Of a stretch of 64,000 nt of DNA, positions 10,776-22,337 are shown in pieces. Source of the DNA: an uncultured Cytophagales bacterium (lineage in GTDB: Bacteria; Bacteroidota; Bacteroidia; Cytophagales; Cyclobacteriaceae); contig CAWJTP010000028.1 of the NCBI GenBank assembly GCA_963845845.1, positions 15,643-79,642 on the forward strand. Direction: 5' to 3'. The position numbers and the translations under genes were made by a program. Each line of letters begins with the position of its first letter. Within the stretch, counting starts at the first letter, position 1. A model generated the notes under the pieces. That model was given only the letters and a program-made list of their open reading frames with translations, had not been told where the DNA came from and made no database searches.

Positions 10776-11963
10776 ATGAACACGTGGTCAAATGGATTCG
10801 TGTATGCAATTACAGCGGGATGTCTTGCGCTACTTTGTCTTGCCGTACTGACCACTCCAAGAAAGGTTAACGTTAAAGCGAATTACTGGCTAAGCTTTTT
10901 CCTGTTCTCCTTCACCTGTGCGATGTTGGACATTTTATTTTTTGAAACGAATGTCTATACTAAATATCCGCTGCTCGAAGGACTATTCGAAGTGACGCGA
11001 TTTGCCATGTCGCCGGCACTCTATTTAAGCGTATTATACTTTACAATTCCGGAACGACGATTCAAGACGACGGATACTCTGCACTTCATTCCATTTGCAT
11101 TATTTCTTTTATACATCGTTGTGTTGGTACTTCAGCTTCAGGAGACAGTTATGTTTGCATGGTATAGGAAGCTGCCTGATACCGTAAGGTTAGCTGTCGG
11201 GATCACGGTATTCACGTCCATTAAAGTTCAAATGGTTGCGTATTGGGTGTCGTCGTACGTGAAACTCTATCGCCATACGCGTAGCATTCCAATGTTTGCA
11301 TCTGCACTGGAGCCAATCTCGCTCTCATGGTTGCGCTACTTCCTGCTTGGAGTGGCAGGAGCGCTCCTGTTGTCTCTGAATGAGGTGCTTCAAATCGTTC
11401 CGGGGATTATTCCATTGACAAGCTTTGGATACCTCGTGCTTGCATTCTATCTGGGCTACTTCTCGCTGCGTCAGCAGGAGATCTTCCCATATCAACAAAA
11501 GGATATGGTGGAGCTAAAGGAGATCATTGAATCCAACGACGCTGCAGATCGGGTTCAACGCTTCTCTGCAAATGAACTAACTATAGCGAAAGAAAAGCTG
11601 TTGGAGATCGTTGAGAACGAAAAGGTGTTTCTGGATCCAAATCTTGGGTTACCCCAACTCGCCCAAAGAACTAATCTTTCAACACATGATTTGTCGTATG
11701 TCATTAACGAAGGATTTGGTGAGAATTTCTTCCAGTTCATCAATCACTATCGGATCAAGGAAGCCCAAAGGCTGCTGCTATCTCCAAAACATAAACACCT
11801 GAACATCCTCGGCATCGCTTATGAGTCAGGCTTTAAATCGAAGTCTACCTTTAATACGACATTCAAAAAGCTTACGGGACTGTCTCCATCCCAATTCATC
11901 CAAAAAGCGTCATCCAGCCCTCAAAACGACGAAAACAGTTCAGAAAGACGTATGGTTGGATAA
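10776..11963 (+). CDS. Membrane-anchored AraC-family transcriptional regulator
   Basis: About 6-7 hydrophobic N-terminal helices; C-terminal NFFQFINHYRI...IAYESGFKSKSTFNTTFKK AraC HTH. Confidence 0.9.
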   Translation: MNTWSNGFVYAITAGCLALLCLAVLTTPRKVNVKANYWLSFFLFSFTCAMLDILFFETNVYTKYPLLEGLFEVTRFAMSPALYLSVLYFTIPERRFKTTDTLHFIPFALFLLYIVVLVLQLQETVMFAWYRKLPDTVRLAVGITVFTSIKVQMVAYWVSSYVKLYRHTRSIPMFASALEPISLSWLRYFLLGVAGALLLSLNEVLQIVPGIIPLTSFGYLVLAFYLGYFSLRQQEIFPYQQKDMVELKEIIESNDAADRVQRFSANELTIAKEKLLEIVENEKVFLDPNLGLPQLAQRTNLSTHDLSYVINEGFGENFFQFINHYRIKEAQRLLLSPKHKHLNILGIAYESGFKSKSTFNTTFKKLTGLSPSQFIQKASSSPQNDENSSERRMVG

Positions 11964-12026
11964 CTCTGAACGCTTTTCAGATCTCTGAAATACATTTTTG
12001 AGTTCATAAACGAATTCAAAATCATC

Positions 12027-13088
12027 ATGAGATCAACATCATTACTTCAAAAATTGCTGGTATGCCTGCTAGCCGGACTAATCTGCGGTGAGACATTTCT
12101 TCGCGTCAGCGATAAATTGCTCACGATAGTATTACCAATTCCTGTCCTGTACGGAATCTCAATTTTAATTGCGATTTGCCCACTCATTTACGCTATCGTA
12201 TGGCACATAAAAAAGGAATTCGATGATCACGCTATCCTGAATTTTTGGATTGGCGTTATCCGATATGGAATGGCGTTCGACCTCACGATGTTTGGACTAC
12301 AAAAGATGTTTCATCTTCAATTAAATGTGCCACTTGCCATGCTCGATGAACCCCTGAGCAGCTTTTCAAATCAATGGCTGACGTGGAGCTATTTCGGCCG
12401 ATCATATGGCTTTGCCGTCGTTATCGGAATCTTCCAGATCATCGGATCTGCTTTGCTGGTATTTAATCGTACCAGGCTCTTCGGTTCAATCTTTCTGATG
12501 CCGATGCTCTTGAACATTATCATCATGGACTACTTCTATGAGCTTGATCTCGGCGTACAGATCCACGCATGGATCCTTTTCGCTGGTGTGGTGTATTTGA
12601 TCTTCCTTGATCATGACAGGCTAATGACGTTTTTCTTCAAAAACGATTCCGACTATACGTCAGTTCGGCTAAAGAGCAATGTTGTCAAGTATGTCGGCAG
12701 ACTATCGATTGTTGCCTTACCGCTCTTGATCATCGCGATCAAACCATCTCCCAACAAGCATCCCGAACTAAGAGGAAAGTATCATGTCATTGAAGTGAGC
12801 ATAAACGGAGAGAAGGTGTCGCCACGAAATGAAGCCGACAGCATACTCACCAGGGTGTATTTCGATATAGCAAATGAATGCGTATTCGAATTCAATGGAC
12901 TCAACCGACGCGTCTTCGGGACATACGAGTCAGAAGATGGAAAGAACATTACCACGAAATGGCATTTTCCCGAAACGATGAAGTCAAGCCCATTCAAAGG
13001 AAGCGTAACCAGAACACAAGATGGTGTCGCGTTAAAGGGGGTTATGGCAAATGATTCGATTGTAGCAATCCTGAAAAAATATCCATGA
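12027..13088 (+). CDS. DoxX-like polytopic membrane protein
   Basis: Several TM segments; LTWSYFGRSY..IGIFQIIGSALLVFNRTRLFG motif typical of Bacteroidota DoxX-like proteins. Confidence 0.6.
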   Translation: MRSTSLLQKLLVCLLAGLICGETFLRVSDKLLTIVLPIPVLYGISILIAICPLIYAIVWHIKKEFDDHAILNFWIGVIRYGMAFDLTMFGLQKMFHLQLNVPLAMLDEPLSSFSNQWLTWSYFGRSYGFAVVIGIFQIIGSALLVFNRTRLFGSIFLMPMLLNIIIMDYFYELDLGVQIHAWILFAGVVYLIFLDHDRLMTFFFKNDSDYTSVRLKSNVVKYVGRLSIVALPLLIIAIKPSPNKHPELRGKYHVIEVSINGEKVSPRNEADSILTRVYFDIANECVFEFNGLNRRVFGTYESEDGKNITTKWHFPETMKSSPFKGSVTRTQDGVALKGVMANDSIVAILKKYP

Positions 13089-13465
13089 TATTTTGATTGA
13101 TTTTGACTCGCCGGAAAACAAAAAACCTCGAAACATAGGGATTTCGAAAAAGTATAGAAAAAAGTTCTGTGTAGATAAAAAAAATAGTAGCTTAATGATT
13201 GAGTTAATAGAGGTCCCGGAAAGAAGCTCCAACAAATTCGTCATCTATTTGAACGCTACCCGAGTAATAGCACTAACGTTCTCTTTCTTCGATACTAGTG
13301 CATGTAAAAATTGTAAGTTTAATAGTTATGTTGGTTTCTGATGAATAAGTCACTCGAGGACTTCTAATATTCTTCATACATACATAGTGCCGGATGTGTT
13401 GAACGGGGCTGAATGATCTATCGGTATGAATCGATGCGCATATTGTCATTCATTAAGATTATTCG

Positions 13466-16400
13466 ATGAGCGAAATTCTTGCAACCTATTCCTTTCTTCC
13501 TTGGCTACGCGAAGGTATTGCCAACAACATCCAAAATGCTGATAACGATCCGGCCGTAAAACTGCGAGCGCAGATCCGCGTAGAACTCAGCGTTTCAGGT
13601 GAGAAAATAGACGGGAATGATTTTTCTGAAACCGTTCGGCAGCAAATAAATTTGTTTGGTCCCGGAGACATCATAGGTATTGACAGCAGAGCCATTATAA
13701 AAGTCGAACCAAAAAACCATGTCACCAATTTTGAATCAAATTATCTCCCTTACATAGAATTTTACCATGAAGATTTCCCATGGCGCTACACACCTGCAAA
13801 GGTTAACGACGATCGGCTTCGACCGTGGATTACGCTGGTCGTATTGAAAGAGGATGAATTTATCGAGAACAGGAGCGCCAAGGGTAAACCACTTCCAAGT
13901 TTCAGATTGATAACCCGTGAGGATGCCATTGATCTTTTTCCTGCTTCTTCGCAGCTATGGGCCTGGGCCCATGTTCATGTCAATCATGATTTGTCAGACG
14001 GAGCTTCTGGACCGGTCTTCGATCCTGATGCTGTAACTGCCGCAATGGAACAGGTTTTAAATCGCGATCCCGATCGGGCCTATTCCAGGTGCATTAGCCC
14101 AAGAAAACTGGAACCCAATACAACCTACCACGCATTCCTCATCCCCAGCTTCGAATCTGGCAGGCTGGCGGGACTAGGTGAATCGATTCCATCGAACTTG
14201 GTGGCAACGACAGGGGCATGGGATAATCGTCAACGGATATTTCCATTTTATTATCGCTGGAGGTTTAGCACCGGCAATGTCGGCGATTTTGAATATCTCG
14301 TGCGATTACTGCAACCAAGAGCCGCCGACAAACGGGTTGGGACACGTGATATGGATGTATTGCATCCCGGGTCCAATCTTCCGCCAATCAGCGAGCCCGC
14401 TGAACTCATGGGTGTTTTAAAACTAGGTGGCGCATTAAAGGTTCCCTATGCAACATTAGATGAAGAGAGTCGCGCTGAAGTGGATAAATATGAGCAATGG
14501 GACGAGCCTTTTCCCCATCCATTTGAAACCGCGATGGCTCAGCGCGTCAACCTTTTTGACGACTATACTGACCCAATAAAATCAGTCAGTGAAGTTAATA
14601 ATGATGCCGCAATTTTTATTGACCCTGGCATCCCCGATCCTGACCCCGTCATTACATCGCCAATCTATGGAACGTGGCAATCGCTAACAAAAAGGATACT
14701 GAAGGAAAAAGACAGTAGCCCATTCCCAGCCGCGCAACAGGAAAACTGGGTCCACGAGTTAAATCTCGACCCGCGGTACCGTGTAGCGGCAGGCTTCGGA
14801 ACAAGAGTTATTCAAAAGGGACAGGAAGAATATATGCACGCTGCATGGGAACAGGTCGGAGATATTGTGCAGGCCAACAGTAAGATCCGGTTCGCCGAAC
14901 TCGCCACCGAGGTGTCATTTTTCTTTTATACTAAACATCTGCTCACCCAGGACACTGCAAGAAAAATTGTCTTTACTTCATCACTTCACAAAAAGATTGT
15001 GAATAACCGGACGACGCTATATAAACAGGTAAAAGACAGTATCGTGCCGGAAGCAATCACAACAGGATTATTCCGCAATATTGTAAGGGAACGAGGACCT
15101 CTTATTAAAAAAATAAGCGCGCAGCCTGGCTACAGTCGCGGACAGCTTCTCCGTAAAGTGAATGATGGAGAAGTCAGCGGCACCCCCCTGAAAATTGTTC
15201 CACCAAAAGCACTTAAAATTTCGGATGTCGTCGACGCCTTAAAACCACCAGTCAATACCATATTTCCCACGAAACCAGCTCCTTTGTTATTGCTGTTGAT
15301 CACTAGTATTATAATTATCACAGCATTGTTTCTTTTTCTCAATGTTGGTGCCGGAATAGCAGGTTTGCTAATCGTCGCCGTGATTGCCGGCATATACTAT
15401 TACCAAAGCAATAAATCGAAGAAGGCGATCCGGCTTGCAGAATCAATAAAAGAGGAGAATCAAACACCCGGTAGTGTTGACGATCTTCCGAAAAGCAGCA
15501 ATTTCAGGATCACGAATCTCACAGAAGCATTCAGCCCCGTTCATGGAGACACTGATAGTCCGGAAGCAAGCCGGTTTAAAACAGCGCTAAAGGATGCATA
15601 CAGTTTGTCGGCGGTGCAAACGACACCTCCGGATAGAGTAAGCCTCGCGCTCGATGCAATGGCCAACAGAATCGTGACACACGTAAACCCTGAGACTACC
15701 ATCAGGACCAAATTAGTAAACCAGATAAAGGTTCCTGACCGTCTTAAAGACGGAATGACCGAACCTGCAGAAACCATTTCGGAAGTAATGGCTTACCCGG
15801 AGCTTGATATTGCCATGTACAAACCGTTGAGTGATCTTTCGTCTGAATTATTCCTGCCGAACATTAATCTGATTGAGCAGAATTCGATTACGCTGCTCGA
15901 GACCAATACCAAATTTATTGAAGCATACATGGTTGGGCTAAACCATGAAATGGCCAGAGAATTACTATGGCGCGAATACCCAACCGATCAGCGGGGAAGT
16001 TACTTCAGGCAGTTTTGGGATATCAGCAACTTTCTGCCCGCCTCAGGTGACATTGATGAGCGGTTACGGGAAAAATTAATGGATATCTTCCCTATTGACA
16101 AATGGCCCAAAATACCTGGAGCCGAAAACCCCGAAGAGCATCTGCTGGGCAAGCACAATCCACGCGCACAATCCGAGGCCAACCTGGTATTGGTAATACG
16201 GGGTGAATTGCTGAAAAGATATCCGACCGCAGTGATTTATGCACATCGGGCCACATGGGGTGAAAATGCAAACGGACAGCAAGATATTCGCGTAGATCGA
16301 AAATTTATTGAATTGTCTGACGCCGAAAAAAATGACCCCGGCGGTCACCGAGACAAGGTGAAGACCCCATTGTTTGAAGCAAAAGTTGATCCCGATATTT

Positions 16401-16798
16401 ATTTTTTTGGTTTCGATCTCACACCTGACCAGGCGAGGGGAACGGCTGACCCTACATCAACTGCCGACGATCCCGGTTGGTTTTTCGTCATTAAGGAACG
16501 GCCCGGTGAACCACGGTTTGGGCTGGATAAAACTCCGGCTCCAGCCATTACCAACTGGAATAACCTGTCTTGGCCGGATACACAGACCGAAGATGGGGAG
16601 ACTATTCTTATTGACCGCAGTATTACGATCGTGGATGACGGCGGTACAACTGAAGAAGAAAATAAAAACAATCCTGAAGACAGGCAGGCTAGATGGAAAC
16701 CCAACACGAATGCTGCGGAGCTGGCATATATTCTCTACCAGGTACCCGTACTCGTAGGAATTCATGCATCGCGTATGTTGCCGGCTGAGACCAACTGA
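13466..16798 (+). CDS. Large hypothetical protein (1110 aa) with a central TM hairpin; gene 1 of the giant operon
   Basis: Long intact ORF; hydrophobic stretch at about aa 607-650; Trp/Pro-rich blocks (LRPWITLVVL, WAWAHVH, FESGRLAGLG, GLNHEMARELLWREYPTDQRG). Confidence 0.9.
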   Translation: MSEILATYSFLPWLREGIANNIQNADNDPAVKLRAQIRVELSVSGEKIDGNDFSETVRQQINLFGPGDIIGIDSRAIIKVEPKNHVTNFESNYLPYIEFYHEDFPWRYTPAKVNDDRLRPWITLVVLKEDEFIENRSAKGKPLPSFRLITREDAIDLFPASSQLWAWAHVHVNHDLSDGASGPVFDPDAVTAAMEQVLNRDPDRAYSRCISPRKLEPNTTYHAFLIPSFESGRLAGLGESIPSNLVATTGAWDNRQRIFPFYYRWRFSTGNVGDFEYLVRLLQPRAADKRVGTRDMDVLHPGSNLPPISEPAELMGVLKLGGALKVPYATLDEESRAEVDKYEQWDEPFPHPFETAMAQRVNLFDDYTDPIKSVSEVNNDAAIFIDPGIPDPDPVITSPIYGTWQSLTKRILKEKDSSPFPAAQQENWVHELNLDPRYRVAAGFGTRVIQKGQEEYMHAAWEQVGDIVQANSKIRFAELATEVSFFFYTKHLLTQDTARKIVFTSSLHKKIVNNRTTLYKQVKDSIVPEAITTGLFRNIVRERGPLIKKISAQPGYSRGQLLRKVNDGEVSGTPLKIVPPKALKISDVVDALKPPVNTIFPTKPAPLLLLLITSIIIITALFLFLNVGAGIAGLLIVAVIAGIYYYQSNKSKKAIRLAESIKEENQTPGSVDDLPKSSNFRITNLTEAFSPVHGDTDSPEASRFKTALKDAYSLSAVQTTPPDRVSLALDAMANRIVTHVNPETTIRTKLVNQIKVPDRLKDGMTEPAETISEVMAYPELDIAMYKPLSDLSSELFLPNINLIEQNSITLLETNTKFIEAYMVGLNHEMARELLWREYPTDQRGSYFRQFWDISNFLPASGDIDERLREKLMDIFPIDKWPKIPGAENPEEHLLGKHNPRAQSEANLVLVIRGELLKRYPTAVIYAHRATWGENANGQQDIRVDRKFIELSDAEKNDPGGHRDKVKTPLFEAKVDPDIYFFGFDLTPDQARGTADPTSTADDPGWFFVIKERPGEPRFGLDKTPAPAITNWNNLSWPDTQTEDGETILIDRSITIVDDGGTTEEENKNNPEDRQARWKPNTNAAELAYILYQVPVLVGIHASRMLPAETN

Positions 16799-16806
16799 GA
16801 TTACCC

Positions 16807-19800
16807 ATGACCGAGTTCAAAAATTTAAGAAAGCAAATTGCATCAGCAAGAGCAGAAGCTGAGACACTGTCGAGGCGCTTGCTCGAAGCGAAAGAAAAGC
16901 TCCGCACGGCAGAAAAAAAAATCGGGAACGTAACGAGATCCACGCCTGAATCCCTTAATAACATCAACGCATCCTTTGTACAGAGGAAACAGGAATTGCA
17001 GCGAGAGATCAGCTCGTTAGGCAAAGCACATAAGGTAAATAAGAAACAAGTTTATGATCTACTCAGCAGCTTTGCCCAGCTTGGTGAACCCTCAGCGCAG
17101 GTTGAAGAGCTCGATGACGCATTTCCCTTCCTGTTGTTCCCTGTCCGCCTAGAGACCAGATTTAAAAAAGTCACGATTAACGAAACTGAACAGGACCAGC
17201 TATGGGTTCGCATTTTTCCGGATGATTGCCAGGTGGTCGCAAGGGAAGAGATGCTTTCGGAATCGGAGATAACAACTGCACGGACTTTCTGGAAAGACTT
17301 CTGGCAGGCGGGTGGTATAGAACCTGATCAGCGTGCAGCATGGCGAATTCTGGTAGACAATTTTGGACCCGGTCGTGCTGCCTGGATCATTGACCAATTC
17401 AAACCTCTCAATCCAGATGATAAGAAAGTAAAACGGGAACGAAAAGACTTTATCCTTGTCATTGATCCTGAAATGGCGCTCACTCCCAACGAAGAAACAG
17501 CAGCTTTTACTTTCTGGAAGAAATTCTGGCTGGCAGATACAGACCTGCAAAAACAGGAACAGGCAACGGATGAATTGATCCTGGCAGTTGGTGAGAATCA
17601 GGCACGACAAATTACACTGCATTTCCGCCCTTTTAATATCGCTTCATTACCACTCCCGCCCTTTACAAAAAATGAAGTAACCCTTGAAATAGAAAAAATA
17701 ATTCTTCCCGCTGATGTTGTCACTGCATCAGCCTCATGGTTGCAATCTCCGAAAGCCAAAACATTGCCTGACCGTTTTGTGGTGATGTTAATGAAAGACA
17801 ACCAGGTTATGAGGACCGAGTTGGGCAATCCTATTCCTGATAACCTGGCTGTAGGTCCTGATCCCTCACTTCCTGACAACGAACAGTTGAAATCTACAGA
17901 GGATGGCAATCTTTTTATTAACGAAGATCTTGCCTGGATGATAGATTTTGAGAAAGCGATCGCTGCCGGCATGGGTCTGAAGATCAACATCTCGGCAATT
18001 CAAGCAAGAGACGGCTTTGACGGGATGTTAGTACTGGGGCTAAGGTTATCGGAAGACCAGGATGAGGGCCGGGCATCGCTGGAAAATCTTTTCCGCGACC
18101 ATTATTACAGCAAACATGGATTGGGAATAGTAAAACAGGGAACTCCGAGCAATAATACGGAATTTGAAACGTCAGGTTATACCGCAGTAGACGAAGCCGA
18201 TCAAAGTTATGATGTCATGTTCAAGGCCACTTACATTAACGACAGCGACTATCTTAATAAGAAGGATGGACAATGGCTTGCTGAATATCTCGGAATCGAT
18301 AAAAATTTCTTTAAGAAGGTTGTCAATGGAGCAAGTGCCGATCAGGGCGAGGCGCGCGCCATGAATATGGCAATGTTGCCAGCGACTATTGTTTATTACA
18401 TGGAAGAGATGATGACCTCTGCGTTCAGTGAGGAGGATATTGAAAATACCCGTTTATTCTTCTACAACTATGTTTCTGGAAGAGGACCCATTCCCGCAAT
18501 CCGAATTGGTAAACAGCCTTATGGAATATTGCCTGCGACTGCTTTTTCGCGTATAGAATCCCAACGTCCTTTCCCACCCACTTCAGGCACCAGTACTTAC
18601 ATCTCGCGTCTATATAATGTCTTAAAAACAATGGATGCGGAATGGAGCCGGTTTGTTCCTTTACTTCCTCATGTAGGTATGCCCGGAGATACTGACCAGC
18701 TGTTGATGGATATACTGACATTGCATTCCGGTTCCGTCGAATTTTACGGACGGTGGGGTGAGAGCGTTCAGCACCTCTACAATCAAGCAATGCTACAGGG
18801 CGGTGAAGCCGCAGCAACTAAAATCAAGAATCTTTCCGTTCAGAAAGCATCCCAGCTTTTACAGGATCTTGGATTAGATATCGGGCAATCGATTCCTATT
18901 CTGGAAAAATATTTTCAATCAACTGCCTTTTCATTGCGTGATCCTCTGGTGGATGATGTACCACTTTCTGAAACTGATGATATACGGCCATACAGCACCG
19001 ATGGAAAAAATTATATTGAATGGCTTGTCAGTTCCAATGTGGATAAAATAAGAACGCAGGATTTTGGCGGCAATCCACCACCCACCGCGATGCTCTACCT
19101 TTACTTACGTCACGCACTGTTACTTGCCATTGCAGACGAAGCTTTTCAGCTGCACAAAGCGGCGGGGCTTGAGACCAGTAAAGCAAATTTTCGCGATCCT
19201 CCATTCATACATGTACAGGAGTCAGGAGGTGGCAGGAGTAAATTTGAATATCTTTTTAAGAAAGAACCGCGGATAACCGGCGATGACAGCTACATCAGCG
19301 ATTACATTTCAAAAGCGGATTTGGCGCAGGGATTTCCTGAACCACAATGGCTGCGGAAAGTGAAGCAAAGCCTCAATTTTTTAAAGAATACACCGACCGC
19401 GAGGCTTGAAAGAGTATTTACGGAACACCTTGACTGCTGCACTTACCGCCTTGACGCCTGGAAGCTCGGTTTGATTAATCATATGTTGATCAGTCAGCGA
19501 ACTACCGGAGCGCCGCCTTTTGAGAGATGGTCCCAGGGAATTTACCTGGGTTGCTATGGCTGGCTTGACGAAGTAAGACCGGAACAAAAATCACTGACGC
19601 CTGTTACGCTCAGCGATGAACTTGCATCAATATTCCAGGGCGAAGGTCAGTTGGTAAGAGATGATAAAAACCTTGGTTACATGCATGCTCCATCACTCAA
19701 CCAGGCCGCCACTGCCGCGGTCATGAGAAATGCATATGAGACGAATAAAAACTCTGATCCCAGTGTCGCTAATCCTTATTCAATCAATTTATCTTCGGAA

Positions 19801-22332
19801 CGGGTCAGGCTTGCTCGTCAATTTCTGGAAGGCGCCCGGAATGGTCAAAGCCTGGCGGCGTTACTGGGCTACCAGTTTGAAAGGGGCTTGCATGATAAAT
19901 ACAGTCTTGGAAAAGGTGAAGTAGATAAATTTATTTACCCGCTGCGGAAAAAATTTCCGCTCGTTTCGGGTAAACTAAAGGGTACAGATATAACTGCTGA
20001 TGAAAGTAAAGAAACTGCTATCGACAATGTCGAGGCACGGAATGTAATTGATGGATTAAAATTCATTCGCCATATCCGGAATGCAACTGAAAAAACTTAT
20101 CCATTCGGGCTACCTGTAGGCCCAGATAAGGACCAGGTCCCTGCAGCAAACACTCAGCAACAAACCGCGATTACTGAGGAAGCTAACCGCATCATCAATA
20201 TAGCGGATGCGATTTCCGATTTGGTTACAGCAGAAAGCGTTTACCAGGTAGTGCAGGGAAATTTTGAACGGTCCTCCGGAACGCTTGAGGCTTTCAGCAA
20301 AGGCAAACGCCCTCCTGAAATTGAAGTTACCGAAACTCCACGTTCCGGTATCGTAATTACACACCGTGTCGGGATGCAGTTCGATACATCCGCCGATCCG
20401 GAAAGTTCGCCAACAAGTGTTGCTGAAATGAGCGTACGGGCTTCACTTGAACCCGCCGTAAATAAATGGCTCGCCGATATTTTGCCGCCTCCGGAAAATA
20501 TTCTTTGTAAAGTCCGTTTTAAAAGACCGGATCTGCCCGAAATCACCGAGATGCAGGTTTCCCAAAAAGATCTGAACTTACAACCTATCGACCTCTTATA
20601 TATCGTCAGCATGGATGCGGAACGATCCATGACTGCACTTGATGACGCCATCCAGTTGTTTATGGTGACAAATCATTCCCCCGATCCCGGAACCTCGATA
20701 GCAATAGACTATAGTTCGTCTTTTGAAATTGATCGCCTGGAAGCGTCTTTCTTTGAGATAAGTGCTCTTATAAAGAGCCTGCGTGGCGTGCTGTTGCGTT
20801 CAAAACCGCTGAATGCTGCCGATGTGGCCGTGCCGGGAGAAATATCAGCAGATACGCTGGAATATAATCACGGACAATTACAGGAGCGCGTTGAGGTGGC
20901 CCGGACCAAGCTGACCGATAAATCGGTGACCCTTCTCGCGCTTTCAACTGATCCATCGGAAACAGATCCATTTATAAAAAAGGTCGCTGCTGAATTTTTC
21001 GGCATTTCCCTTTTCGGTATCCCGCAAACGGGCACTGGCCGCTTCTTTGACGGCATCAGAAATATTTATCGATCAATTCAGAACCGGGTACTCGTTACTG
21101 TGAGACGATGGGAACAGAAGAAATTAGATTTTGACGCCGTCATTGCAGTATTTGATATATCGACTGCCGAGAGTGAACAAGCACTGCTTTTGCAAAAAGC
21201 TGAACAGATTATTTCCACCACCTCGACATTTCCGGTTCCTGACATTATCACCTACAAAAGTATTGTGGACAATAAAAAATCGGATTTCGATGCTGTCCTT
21301 AGTCAACTTCGCGGATTGCTTACTGCCGGAACCGAGTCATTGAATAACTATTTTCAGGAGGCCGAGCCCGTTCTCGCTCTGATCGCCTCTCACGATGTGA
21401 TTTTTTTCAATATTGAAAAAGAGACAAATGATGCTTCCGCAGAAAGGCAACAGGCGGTCGCGCTGAAGGAGCAGGCGATTGCCGCAGTTCTCAACCTGAA
21501 ATCCGATATAGACAGACGGATTGCAGAAACAAATACGCTGTTGGCCGGTTTGCCTTCAATCCCGGCCAGCAGTGACAAAGTGCAGCAACTTTTAGCGGCT
21601 GCAAAAAAAATATTCGGCGATGATGTTATTGTCCTTCCTCATTTTTTAATGCCGGAGCAACAAGGGAATGAGTGGGAAAATGCCTTTGGCAACAGGGAAC
21701 GCTTGCTCACCTATCTTAAGACAAACCGGCAAGTTCAGTTCCCTGTTGATGACTGGTTGTCCGGAGTGGCCCGCGTCCGCGAAAAAATATTCCATCTGGA
21801 AAATACGGCCCTGCTTACCAATGGCTTCAAGCCAGGAAGGGATGTCGACATAACACCATTGCAATTCCCATTCAGGCCAGATGATAGCTACCGCTGGCTG
21901 GCTATGCAATTCAGGGATGATGAGGAATCTTATTCAATAGATTCCGACACGCTATTATACAGTGCACATTTTGCAGTGCCGTTTAATAAAACGCAGATGC
22001 AATGTGGGGTGCTTGTTGATGAGTGGACGGAAGTCATCCCCTCCAAGGAAGAATCAACAGGCATCGGCTTTCACTATGATCAACCCAACACGGAGCCGCC
22101 TCAAACTCTTATGCTGGTGATACCATCCAGAATCAGGGGTACATGGCGCTGGGACGACCTGGTAGACGGGCTTAGTGAAACGTTTATGATGGCGAAAAAG
22201 AGGGCCGTCGAACCTCAGCAACTCGACACAACCGGTTATGCGCAGTTGCTTCCTGCTACAATGATGGCGACCACACGCTACCCGATAACTGTTTCAGCAA
22301 ATCTTAACGAAAACAATGAAGCCGCTAAATAA
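16807..22332 (+). CDS. Giant hypothetical protein (1841 aa) with N-terminal coiled coil; gene 2 of the giant operon
   Basis: Intact ORF 8 bp after gene 1; heptad-rich first ~90 aa; blocks FPVRLETRF, GKQPYGILP, LDCCTYRLDAW, HAPSLNQA, LLGYQFERGLH, VDEWTEVIP. Confidence 0.92.
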   Translation: MTEFKNLRKQIASARAEAETLSRRLLEAKEKLRTAEKKIGNVTRSTPESLNNINASFVQRKQELQREISSLGKAHKVNKKQVYDLLSSFAQLGEPSAQVEELDDAFPFLLFPVRLETRFKKVTINETEQDQLWVRIFPDDCQVVAREEMLSESEITTARTFWKDFWQAGGIEPDQRAAWRILVDNFGPGRAAWIIDQFKPLNPDDKKVKRERKDFILVIDPEMALTPNEETAAFTFWKKFWLADTDLQKQEQATDELILAVGENQARQITLHFRPFNIASLPLPPFTKNEVTLEIEKIILPADVVTASASWLQSPKAKTLPDRFVVMLMKDNQVMRTELGNPIPDNLAVGPDPSLPDNEQLKSTEDGNLFINEDLAWMIDFEKAIAAGMGLKINISAIQARDGFDGMLVLGLRLSEDQDEGRASLENLFRDHYYSKHGLGIVKQGTPSNNTEFETSGYTAVDEADQSYDVMFKATYINDSDYLNKKDGQWLAEYLGIDKNFFKKVVNGASADQGEARAMNMAMLPATIVYYMEEMMTSAFSEEDIENTRLFFYNYVSGRGPIPAIRIGKQPYGILPATAFSRIESQRPFPPTSGTSTYISRLYNVLKTMDAEWSRFVPLLPHVGMPGDTDQLLMDILTLHSGSVEFYGRWGESVQHLYNQAMLQGGEAAATKIKNLSVQKASQLLQDLGLDIGQSIPILEKYFQSTAFSLRDPLVDDVPLSETDDIRPYSTDGKNYIEWLVSSNVDKIRTQDFGGNPPPTAMLYLYLRHALLLAIADEAFQLHKAAGLETSKANFRDPPFIHVQESGGGRSKFEYLFKKEPRITGDDSYISDYISKADLAQGFPEPQWLRKVKQSLNFLKNTPTARLERVFTEHLDCCTYRLDAWKLGLINHMLISQRTTGAPPFERWSQGIYLGCYGWLDEVRPEQKSLTPVTLSDELASIFQGEGQLVRDDKNLGYMHAPSLNQAATAAVMRNAYETNKNSDPSVANPYSINLSSERVRLARQFLEGARNGQSLAALLGYQFERGLHDKYSLGKGEVDKFIYPLRKKFPLVSGKLKGTDITADESKETAIDNVEARNVIDGLKFIRHIRNATEKTYPFGLPVGPDKDQVPAANTQQQTAITEEANRIINIADAISDLVTAESVYQVVQGNFERSSGTLEAFSKGKRPPEIEVTETPRSGIVITHRVGMQFDTSADPESSPTSVAEMSVRASLEPAVNKWLADILPPPENILCKVRFKRPDLPEITEMQVSQKDLNLQPIDLLYIVSMDAERSMTALDDAIQLFMVTNHSPDPGTSIAIDYSSSFEIDRLEASFFEISALIKSLRGVLLRSKPLNAADVAVPGEISADTLEYNHGQLQERVEVARTKLTDKSVTLLALSTDPSETDPFIKKVAAEFFGISLFGIPQTGTGRFFDGIRNIYRSIQNRVLVTVRRWEQKKLDFDAVIAVFDISTAESEQALLLQKAEQIISTTSTFPVPDIITYKSIVDNKKSDFDAVLSQLRGLLTAGTESLNNYFQEAEPVLALIASHDVIFFNIEKETNDASAERQQAVALKEQAIAAVLNLKSDIDRRIAETNTLLAGLPSIPASSDKVQQLLAAAKKIFGDDVIVLPHFLMPEQQGNEWENAFGNRERLLTYLKTNRQVQFPVDDWLSGVARVREKIFHLENTALLTNGFKPGRDVDITPLQFPFRPDDSYRWLAMQFRDDEESYSIDSDTLLYSAHFAVPFNKTQMQCGVLVDEWTEVIPSKEESTGIGFHYDQPNTEPPQTLMLVIPSRIRGTWRWDDLVDGLSETFMMAKKRAVEPQQLDTTGYAQLLPATMMATTRYPITVSANLNENNEAAK

Positions 22333-22337
22333 TTCGT

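Noticed and set aside
13100-13230. Possible island boundary upstream of the giant operon (aaaaaacctcgaa resembling 40447-40459)
   Set aside because: The match is short and A-rich, with no recognisable tRNA-Ser fragment beside it
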